Shown: positions 22,442-34,883 of the stretch, in pieces
How the letters are laid out: each line of letters opens with the position of its first letter
Numbering within the stretch: position 1 is the stretch's first letter
Source: an uncultured Gemmatimonadales bacterium
GTDB lineage: Bacteria > Gemmatimonadota > Gemmatimonadetes > Gemmatimonadales > GWC2-71-9
Assembly (NCBI GenBank): GCA_963828735.1
Contig: CAWHFW010000005.1
Coordinates: 2,016,001 to 2,080,000 of the forward strand
Length of the DNA: 64,000 nucleotides
Direction: 5' to 3'
Made by a program: the position numbers and the translations under genes
The notes under the pieces: generated by a model
Database searches by the model: none
Told to the model about the DNA's origin: nothing
The model's input: only the letters and a program-made list of their open reading frames with translations

Positions 22442-24977
22442 ATGTCGAAGCCGGACACCAAGACAACCGCTTCCACCACCGACCAGCCGGGCGCGGCCGC
22501 AGCGCCCGGCCCGGCAGCCGACGCCTACCATCCCGAGGCCGTCGAGGCCAAGTGGCAGGCCCGCTGGGACGAGCGCCACACCAACGAGCCCGACCTTGAG
22601 GGTGCGAAGCGGCCGTTCTTCAACCTCATGATGTTCCCTTACCCGTCGGCCGAGGGCCTGCACGTCGGGAACATGTTCGCCTTCACCGGCAGCGACACCT
22701 ACGGCCGGTTCAAGCGCCTCCAGGGCTACGACGTCTTCGAGCCCATCGGCTTCGACGCGTTCGGCATCCACAGCGAGAACTACGCGATCAAGGTCGGCAT
22801 CAACCCCGGCATCCTGATCCCGCAGAACATCGCCAACTTCCGCCGCCAGCTCCGCCGCATCGGCGGCATGTTCGACTGGCGCCACGAGCTCGCGACCACG
22901 GATCCCCGGTACTACAAGTGGACCCAGTGGATCTTCCTCCAGCTCCTAAAGGCGGGGAAGGCGTACAAGAAGGCGGCCGCGGTCAACTGGTGCCCGCACG
23001 ACAAGACGGTGCTCGCCAACGAGCAGGTCATCAACGGCCGCTGCGAGCGGTGCGACACGGTGGTGGAGCAGCGGACACTCGAGCAGTGGTTCTTCCGGAT
23101 CACCGAGTACGCCGACCGGCTGCTGGCCGACCTCGACGACAAGTCGAAGATGGACTGGTCCGAGTCCACCACGACGGCCCAGCGCAACTGGCTCGGCCGG
23201 TCGGAGGGGGCGGAGCTCGAGTTCCCGATCGAGGGCGGCGCGCAGGCCGACGGTGATGCGGGCGGCGAGGCGATCCGCGTCTTCACCACCCGTGCCGACA
23301 CGATCTTCGGCGCCACGTTCATGGTGCTGGCGCCCGAGCATCCGCTGGTGGACCGCCTGGTCTCCGCGGACCGGCAGAAGGCGGTGGACGCCTACCGCAA
23401 GGCCGCCGCGTCGCAGGACCTGGTCTCCCGCAAGGTGGGCGAGCGCGAGAAGACCGGCGTCTTCACCGGCGGCTACGCCACGAACCCGGCCACGGGGAAG
23501 CAGATCCCGGTCTGGATCGCGGACTACGTATTAATGGAATACGGCACCGGCGCCATCATGGCCGTGCCGGGTCACGACGAGCGCGACTTCGAGTTCGCGG
23601 AGAAGTTCGGGCTGCCCATCGTCCGCGTCGTCGCCGAGCCGGGAACCGACGCAGAGAAGAGGCTCGAGGCGCCGTACGTGGACAACGAGCAGGGCGTCCT
23701 GGTCCACTCGGCGCCGTTCGACGGGCTGACGGTGCCCGAGGCCCAGCGCGCCATCACCGCATGGCTCGCCGAGCGGGGCGCCGGCGAGGCGGTGGTCAAC
23801 TACCGCCTGCACGACTGGTGCATCTCCCGCCAGCGCTACTGGGGCCCGCCGATCCCGATCATCTATTGCGACCAGCACGGCGCCGTCCCGGTCCCCGAGA
23901 AGGACCTGCCGGTCGAGCTCCCGATCATCGAGGACTTCCGCCCGGACGACACCGGCATCTCGCCGCTCGCTCGCCACGAGGCCTGGTACCACGTCCCGTG
24001 TCCCATCTGCGGCAAGCGGGGCCGCCGCGAGACCGACGTGAGCGACACGTTCCTGGACTCGGCGTGGTACCACCTGCGCTACCCGAGCACGGACTTCGAC
24101 GACCGTCCGTTCGACCCGGCGCTGACGAAGAAGTGGCTCCCGGTCACGACCTACATCGGCGGGAACGAGCACGCCGTCCTGCATCTGCTGTACTCGCGAT
24201 TCATCACGATGGTGCTGAACGAGCTGGGCCATCTCGACTTCGACGAGCCATACAAGCGGTTCCGCGCGCACGGCCTGATCGTGAAGGACGGCGCCAAGAT
24301 GTCAAAGTCACGCGGCAACGTCGTCATCCCGGACGAGTACATCGCCCGCTGGGGCGCCGACACGTTCCGGATGTACCTGATGTTCCTGGGCCCGTTCCAG
24401 GAGGGCGGCGACTTCCGCGACGAGGGCATCAGCGGCCCGCGGCGGTTTCTGGACAAGGTGTGGGCGCTGGTGGGCGACGCGTGCAAGACGCACGCGGACG
24501 ATGAGGTGCAGCACGAGGTGCTGGTGAAGTACCACCAGACGGTGAAGCGGGTGACCGAGGGGATGGAGGAGCTGCGCTACAACACCAGCATCGCGGCGCT
24601 GATGGAGCTGGTGAACGCGCTCCGGGCCGACAGCTGCACGCATCGCTCGCTGGTGGAGGGGCTGGTCGATCATGCTCGCCCCGTTCGCGCCGCACTTCGC
24701 CGAGGAGAGCTGGGAGCGGCTGGGGCACACGACGTCGGTGTTCGACGCGCGCTGGCCCGAATGGAACGAGGCGCTGACGGTCGAGGACAGCGTCGAGGTG
24801 GTGATCCAGGTGAGCGGGAAGACGCGGTCGCGGGTGAGCGTGCCGAGGGATGCGGAGCAGGGGGCGGTGGTGGAGGCGGCGCAGCGGGATGCGGCGGTGC
24901 GGAGGTTTACGGAGGGGAAGGAGGTCCGGAAGGTGGTGTATGTGCCGAATCGATTGCTGAATTTGGTGGTGGGGTAG
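22442..24977 (+). CDS. leuS: Leucine--tRNA ligase (frameshift at ~24667)
   Basis: MFPYPSAEGLHVGN, GTGAIMAVPGHD, DWCISRQRYWG, KMSKS. The C-terminus (MLAPFAPH...RLLNLVVG) is in the next frame. Confidence 0.97.
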
Positions 24978-25018
24978 CACTCCTTTATTCCCGGGCAGCA
25001 AAACCAGCGCGCGACGCA

Positions 25019-25050
25019 CGACCTAGCGGCTGTATGCAGCCGTTAGGTCG
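25019..25050. terminator. Hairpin between convergent genes (terminator-like)
   Basis: CGACCTAGCGGCTG-TATG-CAGCCGTTAGGTCG, 14-bp stem with one G-U pair. Confidence 0.5.
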
Positions 25051-25070
25051 CACGACGTCCAAGCTGCGTA

Positions 25071-25934
25071 CTACTCGGCGCTCTGCAGCTCCGTGAAGGC
25101 TTTGGCGTCTTTGCCCGCTACCCGAATCGAACCGCCAATATACTGTCCAACGTTCAACTTCAGTTCGATGAGCTCGACACCGCTCGGAAAGAGTTGTACT
25201 CCCCCCGGCTTCGACTCCTGAAGCTTCTCGACCATCTTCCTGAAGGCTCCCTCGGCTGCGTCGGCTACGTCGCCAGCCCCCCAGCCACCAATGGCCATGG
25301 CTTCGCCCACCGGCGCTATGGCTCCTCCGTCATCAGCCGCTGCAGCTCCGTTGTCCTCAAAGGCGGCGTCCACGATTGCGGTGAACGTTTGCGACGCATC
25401 CGTGGGAATGAATGTCTTGACCACCGCCCTCGCATCACGGAGAGAGGTCGGCGTGCACTCCTCAATATCCTTGTCGAGCCTTGCCGAAGCGGTCTCCGGG
25501 ATCAAAACCTCCAACTGCACCCGGAACTCAACCTCCTTCTCTTTGCCGCGCTCGGCATCCTGGATGACAACCAGGTTGGGGATTTTCCGTCCCTTGGTCG
25601 GGCTTGTCGTCTCCCTGATGTTGTCATCGAAGGCATCAATGACGATTTGCTTGAACCTCTGTGAAGCTCCTGCTGCGTCGAGTCGATCCGTAACTATCTT
25701 TTTCGATTCTCCCAGCGAGGAGGCGGTCTTGTTCTTCAGATTGTGCTGCAGCTTGTCCCCTGCATCCTTCTCTTTGACGCGCACCTCCAACTGCACTCTG
25801 AATTCCACTTCCTTCGGATTCTGGGAATCCCGGATCACGACCAGATCCGGGAGTTTTCTTCCAAGTCGAGCCTTCCCACCAACGGGAGACAGCACGATGC
25901 GGGGCTTGGCGTCTAATACGGGGGGCTTGGACAT
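25071..25934 (-). CDS. Hypothetical protein with an internal tandem domain duplication
   Basis: 287-aa ORF in visibly lower-GC DNA; GGAG RBS; repeated RK.P.LVVI.D...KEVEFRVQLEV. Confidence 0.75.
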   Translation of the reverse strand: MSKPPVLDAKPRIVLSPVGGKARLGRKLPDLVVIRDSQNPKEVEFRVQLEVRVKEKDAGDKLQHNLKNKTASSLGESKKIVTDRLDAAGASQRFKQIVIDAFDDNIRETTSPTKGRKIPNLVVIQDAERGKEKEVEFRVQLEVLIPETASARLDKDIEECTPTSLRDARAVVKTFIPTDASQTFTAIVDAAFEDNGAAAADDGGAIAPVGEAMAIGGWGAGDVADAAEGAFRKMVEKLQESKPGGVQLFPSGVELIELKLNVGQYIGGSIRVAGKDAKAFTELQSAE

Positions 25935-26314
25935 GTGGCCACTCCGATCCTGGTATCAGGTGAGACAGCCAAATGGCTCGGTGTCCGATGACATACAGTC
26001 CGGTACAGGGCTTCGCAAGTAATGCCGCAGTTGTGCCTTGATCCGTAACCGCGCCGTGAGGATGCCGACTTCCGATGTCGGCAGTAAGGTGCCGGCTCTT
26101 ACCTCGCCCCCGTACCAGCGGTAGGTTCAGGTCCTTCCCCGACATGGACGGCACCCGGGAGCGTATGGAGTCACGCCCAGCGTTTGTAGTCGTTGCAGCC
26201 ATTCTGGGAGCCGCGGGAGTGATCATTTGGAGTGACCACGCCCTCGTACCTCATCCCTTCGATAGCCCCTACGAGCGCCCGCATGATTCCTGAAGCCTAG
26301 ACGGATAGAGACCG

Positions 26315-28680
26315 GTGTCCGGGACAGACGCGCTCCCCTACCTAGGCGACCGGTACGCGCTCTTGAGCCGCATCGGAGCCGGTGGAATGGGCTGCGTCTA
26401 CCTCGCCCAGGACACCAAGCACGAGCGTCGCGTGGCGGTGAAGGTCCTCGATCCGGTGTATGGCCGTGCGGTGGGCACTCAGCGCTTCGTCCGGGAAATC
26501 CGCATTGCGGCGATGCTCACCCATCCCAACATCGTTCCGCTCTACGATTCGGGTGAGTTCGAGGGCCAGCTCTTCTACGTGATGCCCCATATCGATGGAC
26601 AGAGCCTCAGGGATCGGTTGAAGCGCGACCTGATGCTCCCTCTTGGGCAGACCCTTCAATGGGCGGCGGAGATCGCGGATGCACTCGCCTTCGCCCATAC
26701 CCATGGAATCGTCCACCGCGACATCAAGCCGGAAAACCTCCTCATTCAAGGTGACCGCCTGGTCCTCGCGGACTTCGGAGTGGCTCGCGCCATCGACCTG
26801 GCCGCGGACGAAGACATCACGAGCGAGCAACTGGTCGTCGGCACTCCGCTCTACATGAGCCCCGAACAGGCAAGCGGATCGAGAGTAGATGGTCGCAGCG
26901 ACATCTATTCCCTTGGATGTGTCATTTACGAAATGCTGGTCGGTGAGCCACCGTTCACCGGCGCGACGCCGCAGGCGGTGACCGCCAAGAAGGCCTCGGG
27001 TCGTTACCCTGCAATGCGCGTCGTCCGTCCCACTGTGCCGCCCACGGTGGACGATACGGTGGCCCGCGCACTCGCGAGCATTCCGGCCGACCGGTTTGAG
27101 ACGGCGCAGGAGTTCGCGGCCGCACTCCGGGCTGGCGTGACCTCGCGCGGGAGGATGCGTTTCCTTCCTCTAGGACTGCTGGGGATGGTGGCAGTCGCCG
27201 CCGTCTTGGCCGCTCTCCATCCTTGGAAGCGCGAGCCGCCAAGCGCGAAACGTCAGCGAATCGTGGTAGGAGTGTTCGCCAATCGAACCGGGGACACGCG
27301 CAACGACGCTCTCGGAATCATGGCCGCTGACTGGGTCACCGAAGGGTTGCAACGGACTGGCGCCGTCGACGTCGTGCCAACGCTTACCGCACTCACCGCA
27401 GACCGCTTCCTTCGCTCTACGTCTGACAGCGCTGACCCGGTGCGAACCATGGCCCGCGAAACCGGCGCCAATCTGGTGGTCGGGCACGACTCGCCCTGAG
27501 CCCGACGCCCGGCAGACGGAGCGCCCGCCGACTTACGTCTGCCTATCAGGCTTCGTCAGCGAAGCGCTGGTGCCATGCGGGAGGAAGCTGCGAATCGTCA
27601 GCTCGCGCATCGCCGCCACCGCGTGCGCGATCTCAGGGGACTCGAGCTTTGTGCGGCGCTCTAGCCTCCTTCTGCCTGACCAACCACGAAATCCAGGCGG
27701 ACTCGGTACTCCGCATTGTCGCCGTTGCGGCGCGAGCGCGCTGAGCGACTACGGATCGCTACTGGCTTGACTACGAACGCGCCGAGCTCGCGGGAAACGA
27801 TGTCGACGCGCTTAAGGCAATCCGCCGTGCCGCCGAGCTGGCTCCCGCCTCGAAGGCCTCGTACAATTTCGCCGTCGTGGCCTTCGAAAGTCGGCAACCG
27901 TTCTCGGCCGAGAGTGCTCTTGGACGACTGTCCCCCGACATCGGATCGATGAGGGGCTGGCAACCCTACTGGGATGTGCTGGCGAGCGCACTGCATGCCC
28001 AGAGAAAGTACCGGCAGGAGGCGAGGACAGGTCGGGAGGCGCGGCGCCGGTTTCCGGGGCGAGTTGATGCGTACATGTCGGAGGCACGCGCCTACGCAGC
28101 TGAACACGACGCCGCGGAGCTCGAGCAACTGTGGAATGCCGTTGCGACCGTGCGTGATGCTAAGCCGGCGGAAGTCGGCACCCTCGCCCTCCAGATAGGA
28201 GATGAGCTCAGAGCGCACGGAGACTCGGGCGCATCGCACCAGTGGTTCGACCGTGCCTACAGAGCCGCGTCGCCGGATGAAGCCGCCGCTCGCTGGGTGA
28301 AGGCAAGGGCCGCAGCGCGCCTTGGCCGCTTGAGAGAGGCCGTAGGACTCGGCAAGTCCCTTGTCGGGGATGACCCGGCACAACGGGATTACTATCTCGG
28401 TTTCGTCGGCATCGTGTCCGCCCAGCTTGGAGATAGCGCCAGTGCACAGGAACTCTCGCGGCGGCTCGCGGACGATCAGCGCCCTTTCACCTTCGGAGAG
28501 CCGCAAGTCCAGGCGGCCCGGATTGCAGCCGTCCTTGGCGACACCTCGCAAGTCGCAAGGCTCCTGGAATCGGCTTATCGCAAGGGTTATCCATACGATC
28601 TAGAGTTTCATCGAGATCAGGCGCTCGCCAGCGTGCGGAGCCTGACGGCTGTGCGACAGCTCGACGTTCCCCTGGAATAG
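26315..28680 (+). pseudogene. Ser/Thr kinase - TM - TolB_N - TPR gene disrupted at ~27480-27810
   Basis: Intact kinase to 27499. A TPR tail (AIRRAAELAP...FHRDQALASVR) resumes downstream. The middle shows a deletion and several frame breaks, from decay or sequencing error. Confidence 0.75.
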
Positions 28681-28951
28681 GCCGTCGGGCGTAGGCCGGC
28701 GGTTCGGTGCCAACGCGGTCGAGAGCAAGGTGCAGCCCCACGTGGTCGCAGTCGAGAAGCAACCTTCACGAAGTGAGCGGCAAGATTGCCCGCCGCGGCC
28801 CATGCTCTGGCTCCCCCGTCAGCCCCCGTCCATATTCAATCGTTCCCAGCCAGGCGGCCCTGGCCCCCCGGCCGGGCATGTCCCGTGGGCTCCTTTCCTT
28901 CCTCGCCGCGGACTCCAACCCACCACCAATGATTGAAGCGACGGCCGCCTA

Positions 28952-31633
28952 GTGCCGCCCGACCTCGACCGCCTCCGCGCCGGTCTCATCGACCGCTACC
29001 GTCTCGAGCGCGAGCTGGGCCAGGGCGGCATGGCCACGGTCTACCTGGCCGAGGACCTCAAGCACAGGCGCAACGTGGCCATCAAGGTGCTGCGCCCCGA
29101 GCTGGCCGCCGTCATCGGGGCCGAGCGCTTCCTGCGTGAGATCCAGACCATCGCGACGCTGCAGCACCCGCACATCCTCGGCCTGATCGACAGCGGCGAG
29201 GTGAACGGCACCGCGTACTACGTCATGCCGTTCGTCGACGGCGAGTCGCTGCGTGACCGGTTGCGCCGGGAGAAGCAGCTGCCGGTGGGTGACGCGGTGC
29301 GCCTGGCCACCGAGGTAGCCGCCGCCCTCGACTACGCCCACCGGCATGGGGTCATCCACCGCGACATCAAGCCCGAGAACATCCTCCTGCACGACGGTGG
29401 CGCGCTGGTGGCCGACTTCGGCATCGCGTTGGCCGTCTCCAGCGCGGGTGGCGGCGACCGCATGACCGAGACCGGCATGTCGCTCGGCACGCCGTACTAC
29501 ATGTCGCCCGAGCAGGCCATGGGCGAGCGCGCCATCACGGCCCGCTCCGACGTGTACGCCCTCGGCGCCGTCACCTACGAGATGCTGGTCGGCGAGCCGC
29601 CGTTCACGGGGCCCACGGCGCAGGCCATCGTGGCCAAGGTGATGAGCGCCGACCCCGCCGGCCTGTCGGCCCAGCGCCGGAGCGTGCCGCCTGCCGTCGA
29701 GGACGCGGTCCTCACCGCGCTGTCCAAGCTGCCCGCCGACCGCTTCGCCAGCGCCGCCGAGTTCGCCGCCGCCCTCAAGGGCGACGCCGCGAGAACCGTC
29801 ACCGTCCGCCGTCCCGCGGCCACCGGCGCGCGGGCCCGCCCCTGGCTCGTGCCGATGCTCGGCGCCGTCGCCGCCCTCGCGGTGGCGGCGGCTGTCGTGC
29901 TGGGGCTCCGGCTGGCCCGCCGCCCCAGCGCGCCGGTCGCCCGCTTCTCGCTCGATATCCCCGACCTGCGGGTCAACTTCACCGGCTTCTACGGCATCTC
30001 CCTCGCGATCGCGCGCGACGGATCCCGCATGGCGTTCGTCACCCGGGCCGGGGAGACTGTCACCCGGCTCGCGGTGCGAGATCGCGGCGACCTCGAGGCC
30101 CGGCTGCTGCCCGGCACCGAGGGGGGCGACGCTCCGTTCTTCTCGCCCGACGGCCGGTGGCTCGGCTTCTTCGCGGGTGGCAAGCTGTACAAGGTGGCGG
30201 TCGCCGGCGGCACGCCGGTGCTGGTGGCCGACAATGCCCAGTTCGCGCTGCCGAGCGCCCTCTGGCTCGCCGACGGCCGGATCGTGTACGCCGGGGCGGA
30301 CTTCAAGATGATGGCGGTCGACGCGGACGGCGGGAACCCGGTGACGCTGGTCCCGGCCCCCAAGTCGGGCGCGCTGCGCTATCCGGCCGCCCTGCTGGAC
30401 GATCGAGTGCTGATCCTGACCCGGTGCGGCAACACCTGCGCCGGGCCGGCGCTCGTCGCGATCGACGTGCGGACGCAGGCCGAGGATACCATCCTCGTCG
30501 GCGCTACCGAGGCCGCGCTCCTGCCGGACGGCACCCTCGTCGCCGTGCGCGGCGACGGCACGGTCCTGGCCGCCCCGTTCGATGCTCGCCGGCACCGCCT
30601 CACCCGCTCGCCGACGCCGGTCCTCACCGGCGTCCAGGTCGAGATCGGGGTCATCCCCGAGTTCGCCGTCGCCGACGACGGGACCCTGGTCTATCTCCCG
30701 TCCAACGCCTTTGCCGGAGTGTCCACCGTGGCGGAGGTGGACCGCGCGGGGCACGCCCGGGTGCTCGATCCCGGGTGGGAGGCCCGCTTCATCAGCGCCG
30801 ACCTGTCGCCCGACGGAAGGCAGATCGCCGTGAGCACGCTGGAGGGTGCCGGCTCGACCCTGTGGGTCAAGCAGCTCGATGCCGGCCCGCTCACCCGGCT
30901 GACGTTCACCACTGGCGTCACCAACTACCGGGCCGCCTGGCTCCCCGACGGCCGCGCCCTGAGCTACAGCTCCGACCTGAAGGGCGGCACTCACCTGTAT
31001 CGCATCCGGGCCGACGGCAGCGACAAGGCCGAGCGCCTCTTTCCCGCCGACTCGGCCCAGATCGATGAGGCGAGCTGGTCGAGCGACGGGCGGTGGCTGG
31101 CCTACCGCACCGGCACGGTGCCGGGCCTCCGCGACGTCTATCTCCGCCGGGCCGCGGGCGACGGCCCGCCGATCCCGGTCGCCGCCGGCTCGGCCGACGA
31201 GTACATGCCGGCCGTGTCGCCCGACGGCCGCTGGGTGGCGTACGTGTCGATCGAGTCGGGGAGGGAGGAGGTGTACGTTCGTCCGGTGCTCGACGTGGAC
31301 CGCGCCCGCTGGCAGGTCTCGTCGGCCGGCGGCACCAGCCCCGTGTGGGGCTCGTCGAGCCGCGAGCTGTACTACGTCGCGCGGGGCGACACCATGGTGG
31401 CGGTCACGGTGGGCGGCACGACCGAGTTCCAGGTCACCGGACGCCAGGCGCTGTTTGGGACCGCGCCGTTTACCTTCACGCCCTGGCACCAGGGCTTCGG
31501 CGTCCGTCCCGACGGCCGGTCGTTCGTCATGCTGAGGCGCACCGACCAATCGGCCGGCCCCGAAGCGCGCCGGCTGGCGGTGGTGCTCAACTGGTTCACT
31601 GAGGTGCGGGCTCGACTCGCCAAGTCGGAATGA
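28952..31633 (+). CDS. Ser/Thr kinase - TM - TolB-like beta-propeller (PD40) receptor
   Basis: Hanks motifs; repeated SPDG motifs; C-terminal VVLNWFTE. Confidence 0.93.
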   Translation: MPPDLDRLRAGLIDRYRLERELGQGGMATVYLAEDLKHRRNVAIKVLRPELAAVIGAERFLREIQTIATLQHPHILGLIDSGEVNGTAYYVMPFVDGESLRDRLRREKQLPVGDAVRLATEVAAALDYAHRHGVIHRDIKPENILLHDGGALVADFGIALAVSSAGGGDRMTETGMSLGTPYYMSPEQAMGERAITARSDVYALGAVTYEMLVGEPPFTGPTAQAIVAKVMSADPAGLSAQRRSVPPAVEDAVLTALSKLPADRFASAAEFAAALKGDAARTVTVRRPAATGARARPWLVPMLGAVAALAVAAAVVLGLRLARRPSAPVARFSLDIPDLRVNFTGFYGISLAIARDGSRMAFVTRAGETVTRLAVRDRGDLEARLLPGTEGGDAPFFSPDGRWLGFFAGGKLYKVAVAGGTPVLVADNAQFALPSALWLADGRIVYAGADFKMMAVDADGGNPVTLVPAPKSGALRYPAALLDDRVLILTRCGNTCAGPALVAIDVRTQAEDTILVGATEAALLPDGTLVAVRGDGTVLAAPFDARRHRLTRSPTPVLTGVQVEIGVIPEFAVADDGTLVYLPSNAFAGVSTVAEVDRAGHARVLDPGWEARFISADLSPDGRQIAVSTLEGAGSTLWVKQLDAGPLTRLTFTTGVTNYRAAWLPDGRALSYSSDLKGGTHLYRIRADGSDKAERLFPADSAQIDEASWSSDGRWLAYRTGTVPGLRDVYLRRAAGDGPPIPVAAGSADEYMPAVSPDGRWVAYVSIESGREEVYVRPVLDVDRARWQVSSAGGTSPVWGSSSRELYYVARGDTMVAVTVGGTTEFQVTGRQALFGTAPFTFTPWHQGFGVRPDGRSFVMLRRTDQSAGPEARRLAVVLNWFTEVRARLAKSE

Positions 31634-34184
31634 CCGCTCCGCTCGTACCGGACTCCCTGAGCGACGCCTTCCGCGGCCGCTACACCGTCGAACGCGAGCT
31701 TGGCCGCGGCGGCATGGCCACCGTCTACCTCGCCCACGACCTGAAGCACGACCGCAAGGTCGCCGTCAAGGTCCTCCGCCCGAGCTCGCCGCCGTCCTCG
31801 GCGCCGAGCGGTTCCTGGCCGAGATCAGGGTCACCGCCAACCTGCAGCACCCCAACCTGCTGCCGCTGTTCGACTCGGGTGAGGCCGGCCGTTTCCTCTA
31901 TTACGTCATGCCGTACGTCGAAGGCGAGACCCTGCGCGCCCGGCTCGAGCGCGAGCGCCAGCTCCCGGTGGACGAGACCGTTCGCCTGGTGACCCTGCTC
32001 GGCAACGCCCTGGCCTACGCCCACGCCCACGGCGTGATCCACCGCGACCTCAAGCCCGAGAACATCCTCCTCCAGTCCGGCCAGCCGGTGATCGCGGACT
32101 TCGGCATCGCGCTGGCCGTCGCCCAGGCCGGCGGACCCCGCGTCACCGAGACCGGCATCTCCCTCGGCACCCCGCACTACATGAGCCCCGAGCAGGCCGC
32201 CGCCGAGCGCGAGATCGACGCCCGGTCCGACCAGTACGCCCTGGCCGCCGTGACCTACGAGATGCTCTCGGGCGAGCCGCCCCATACCGGGCCCACGGCC
32301 CAGGCCGTCATCGCGCGGCTCATGACCGAGCAGGTCCGGAGCCTGCGCGCGACCCGGCCTGGCGTGCCGGTCGAGGTGGACCGCGCGGTCGCGCGCGCGC
32401 TGGCCAAGTCGCCGGCGGACCGGTTCGGCTCGGTGGCCGAATTCGTCGCCGCGCTCACGGGACCCGCCGATTCGGCACCGGGTCGGTCAGGCCGGCGCAC
32501 TTCGCGGTGGTTGATTCTCGCGGCCGCGAGCCTCGCGATCGCGCTGGCGATGTTCGGCATCAGCCGCCTGCGAGGCGGGGGTAGTGCGGAGACAGCCGCG
32601 CCGAGCGACAATCTCCGCGTGGTGGCGGTCCTCCCGTTCCGCAACCTCTCGCGAGACACCGCGCAGCAGTACTTCAGCGCCGGGATGACCGAGGAGATCG
32701 CCACCGAGCTCTCCCGTGTCGCCGCGCTGCGGGTGCTGAGTCGTGCCGCCACGGCGCAGTACGACACGGCGGGGGACCGGCTCAAGCGGATGTCGCGCGA
32801 GCTGGGCGTGGGCAGCGTCGTGGATGGCAGCGTGCGTCTGGCCGGCGACCGGGTCCGCATCGCCGTGGAGCTGACCAACGTGCGGACCGGCCAGTCGCTC
32901 TGGTCGGAGCAGTACGACCGGCAGATCTCCGATCTGTTCGCGGTGCAGGATGACGTCGCGCACAAGGTCACGGCGGCGCTCGAGGCCAGGCTCACCCCCG
33001 CCGAGGACAAGCGGGTCGCCCATGCCCCGACCTCCAACATGGCGGCCTACCAGCTCTACCTGCGGGCACTGGACCTCAACCCCACGCTGCGGACGGAGAA
33101 TCTCTCCGGCGGCGAGCTGCTGGGGCAGGCCACTCGGATGGATCCCGGGTTCGCCGCGGCCTACGCCCAGCTCGCCCGGAATCTGATGTTCCGGAGCGTG
33201 GCCGGGGAGCGGGCCTACACCGACTCCGCGTTCATCGCCGCGCGAAAGGCGATCGCGCTCGACCCGGAGTTGGCCGACGGCTGGTTTGCGCTCGCCGACT
33301 TGGAGAGCGTCGTCCTCAAGCTGTCCGATGCCCGGCGTTCGTACCTCAAGGCCCTGGAGCTCAACCCGAGCCACGGCGGCGCGATGGCCGACCTGGCCAA
33401 TGTGTACGTCACGCTCGGACGCTACGATGAGGCGCTGGACTGGTCCCTGCGCAATCAGCAGCTCAACCCCAATCTGCCGCATTCTCCCTACCACGTCTCC
33501 CTCGGCCTGATGCCGCTCGACGACGACTCGGCCACCGGACGCTTCCTGCTCGCCGCGGAGCGGCAGTTTCCGACCGAGCTCAGGATTCAGGGACTGCTGG
33601 CATGGCTGGACCTGAGGCGCGGGTTCAACCGGGCGGCCCTCGAGCGGGCCCGCCGCATGGTGCGGAACGCGCCCGACAATACCGAGGGGCCGCCGATCCT
33701 GGCCGAGCTGGCGGTGGTGGTGGGAGACACCGGCGCCGAGCGGCTCATCGAGCCGCTGGCCCGGCAGGATCCAGAGGCGGCCGGACAGATGTTTCCCGAA
33801 TCGCTCCGGTCGCTCTATGCCCTGACCCTGCAGCGTCAGGGGGACACCCGCCGCGCCGCCGAGCTGTGGCGGGCCTCGGCCGCGGCGGCGCACCGCAGCC
33901 TCGATGCCGGCGCGGAGAGCTACACGGCCCCGATGGAGCTGGCCGCGATCAGCGCCGTCGAGGGCCACACCGATGCGGCGCTCGAGTGGCTCGAGCGCGG
34001 CTACCGGGCCGGATGGAAGGACGCCCGGTTCCTCAATCTCGATCCCTTCTTCGCATCGGTGCGGCGGGAGCCGCGCTACCAGGCGCTGGTCGCCGCCATG
34101 ACGCAGGACGTGGCGGAGATGAGGAAGCGCGCGGCGGCCGCGCATCCCTCGCTGTTCAGTCAGGGGTCACCGGCAGAGCGCTGA
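31630..34184 (+). CDS. Ser/Thr kinase - TM - TolB_N - TPR receptor (frameshift at ~31779)
   Basis: ATGA-coupled to the upstream kinase; one C missing at [33 protein letters not shown]. Confidence 0.9.
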
Positions 34185-34363
34185 TTCGTCACTCCGGTGC
34201 CGCACCCGCCGAAGCTCGGACCACCTCTGGACCAGATCGCCGTCCCCCGCCCCAGCGTCGACCAGGTAGGAGTCGCCCTCACCGCTCTCGACGCGGCCCG
34301 CCGCGGCCTGCATCTTTCCCGAGCAGGTCACAGGCTGACAACCACCACCATCGGGGAGCGCCC

Positions 34364-34681
34364 ATGAAGTACGTGCTCAGCTGGTTCGAACGCCCGCAGG
34401 GCTCGCCGATCGAGTACGAGAATGCCCAGAAGCGCATCCTAGAGGTGTTCGGTCAATGGAAGGCGCCCGCCAACTTCAAGATCGAATTCTTCGTGATCCG
34501 CGTCGGCGAGTGGGGAGGGCACATGCTGGTCGAGTGCGACGATCCGGTGACCGTCCACAAGTTCTGTTCGATGCTGCCCGCGTTCGTCTTCGAGGCGCGA
34601 CCGGTCATCACGGTCGAGGAAGCCGTCCGCGGTGAGCTCGAGGTGATTGCCTGGCGGGACGGACTGAAGGGCAGAACCTGA
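34364..34681 (+). CDS. DUF3303-like small protein
   Basis: GGGAG RBS; MKYVLSW...GGHMLVECDD...FEARPV pattern. Confidence 0.7.
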   Translation: MKYVLSWFERPQGSPIEYENAQKRILEVFGQWKAPANFKIEFFVIRVGEWGGHMLVECDDPVTVHKFCSMLPAFVFEARPVITVEEAVRGELEVIAWRDGLKGRT

Positions 34682-34783
34682 GTCCTCGCCGCCAGGATCA
34701 TTGAGCCCAGTGACCTTCGCCAGGGCGAAGGCCATCACCACCGCCCGAATCCCTCCCTCCGCGTCGCCGTCGGGCACCAGCAT

Positions 34784-34848
34784 GACGGCGCCAAGATCTC
34801 CACGTCGCGCGGCAACGTCGTCATCCCCGACGAGTTGATCGCTCGCTG
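34784..34848 (+). repeat. Degenerate 65-bp copy of the leuS KMSKS region (24287-24351)
   Basis: Ungapped alignment, 57/65 identical by manual count. Confidence 0.85.
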
Positions 34849-34883
34849 AAGAACCCTTGCCCCGGCCCGCCGGTTAGTTCACC

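Noticed and set aside
24430..24977. G-rich codon shift in the 3' part of leuS as proof of a replaced gene end
   Set aside because: A similar G skew appears at other gene ends in the window (ADOP near 56.6-56.8 kb, uvrA), so it is not specific to leuS.
26144..26293. Small hydrophobic ORF upstream of the 26315 kinase
   Set aside because: Under 50 aa, no clear RBS and no recognisable family; cannot be supported from sequence alone.
27480..27810. Scrambled middle of a kinase gene as a DGR-type variable region
   Set aside because: No reverse transcriptase or template repeat was seen. The changes are indels and a deletion, not adenine-specific substitutions.
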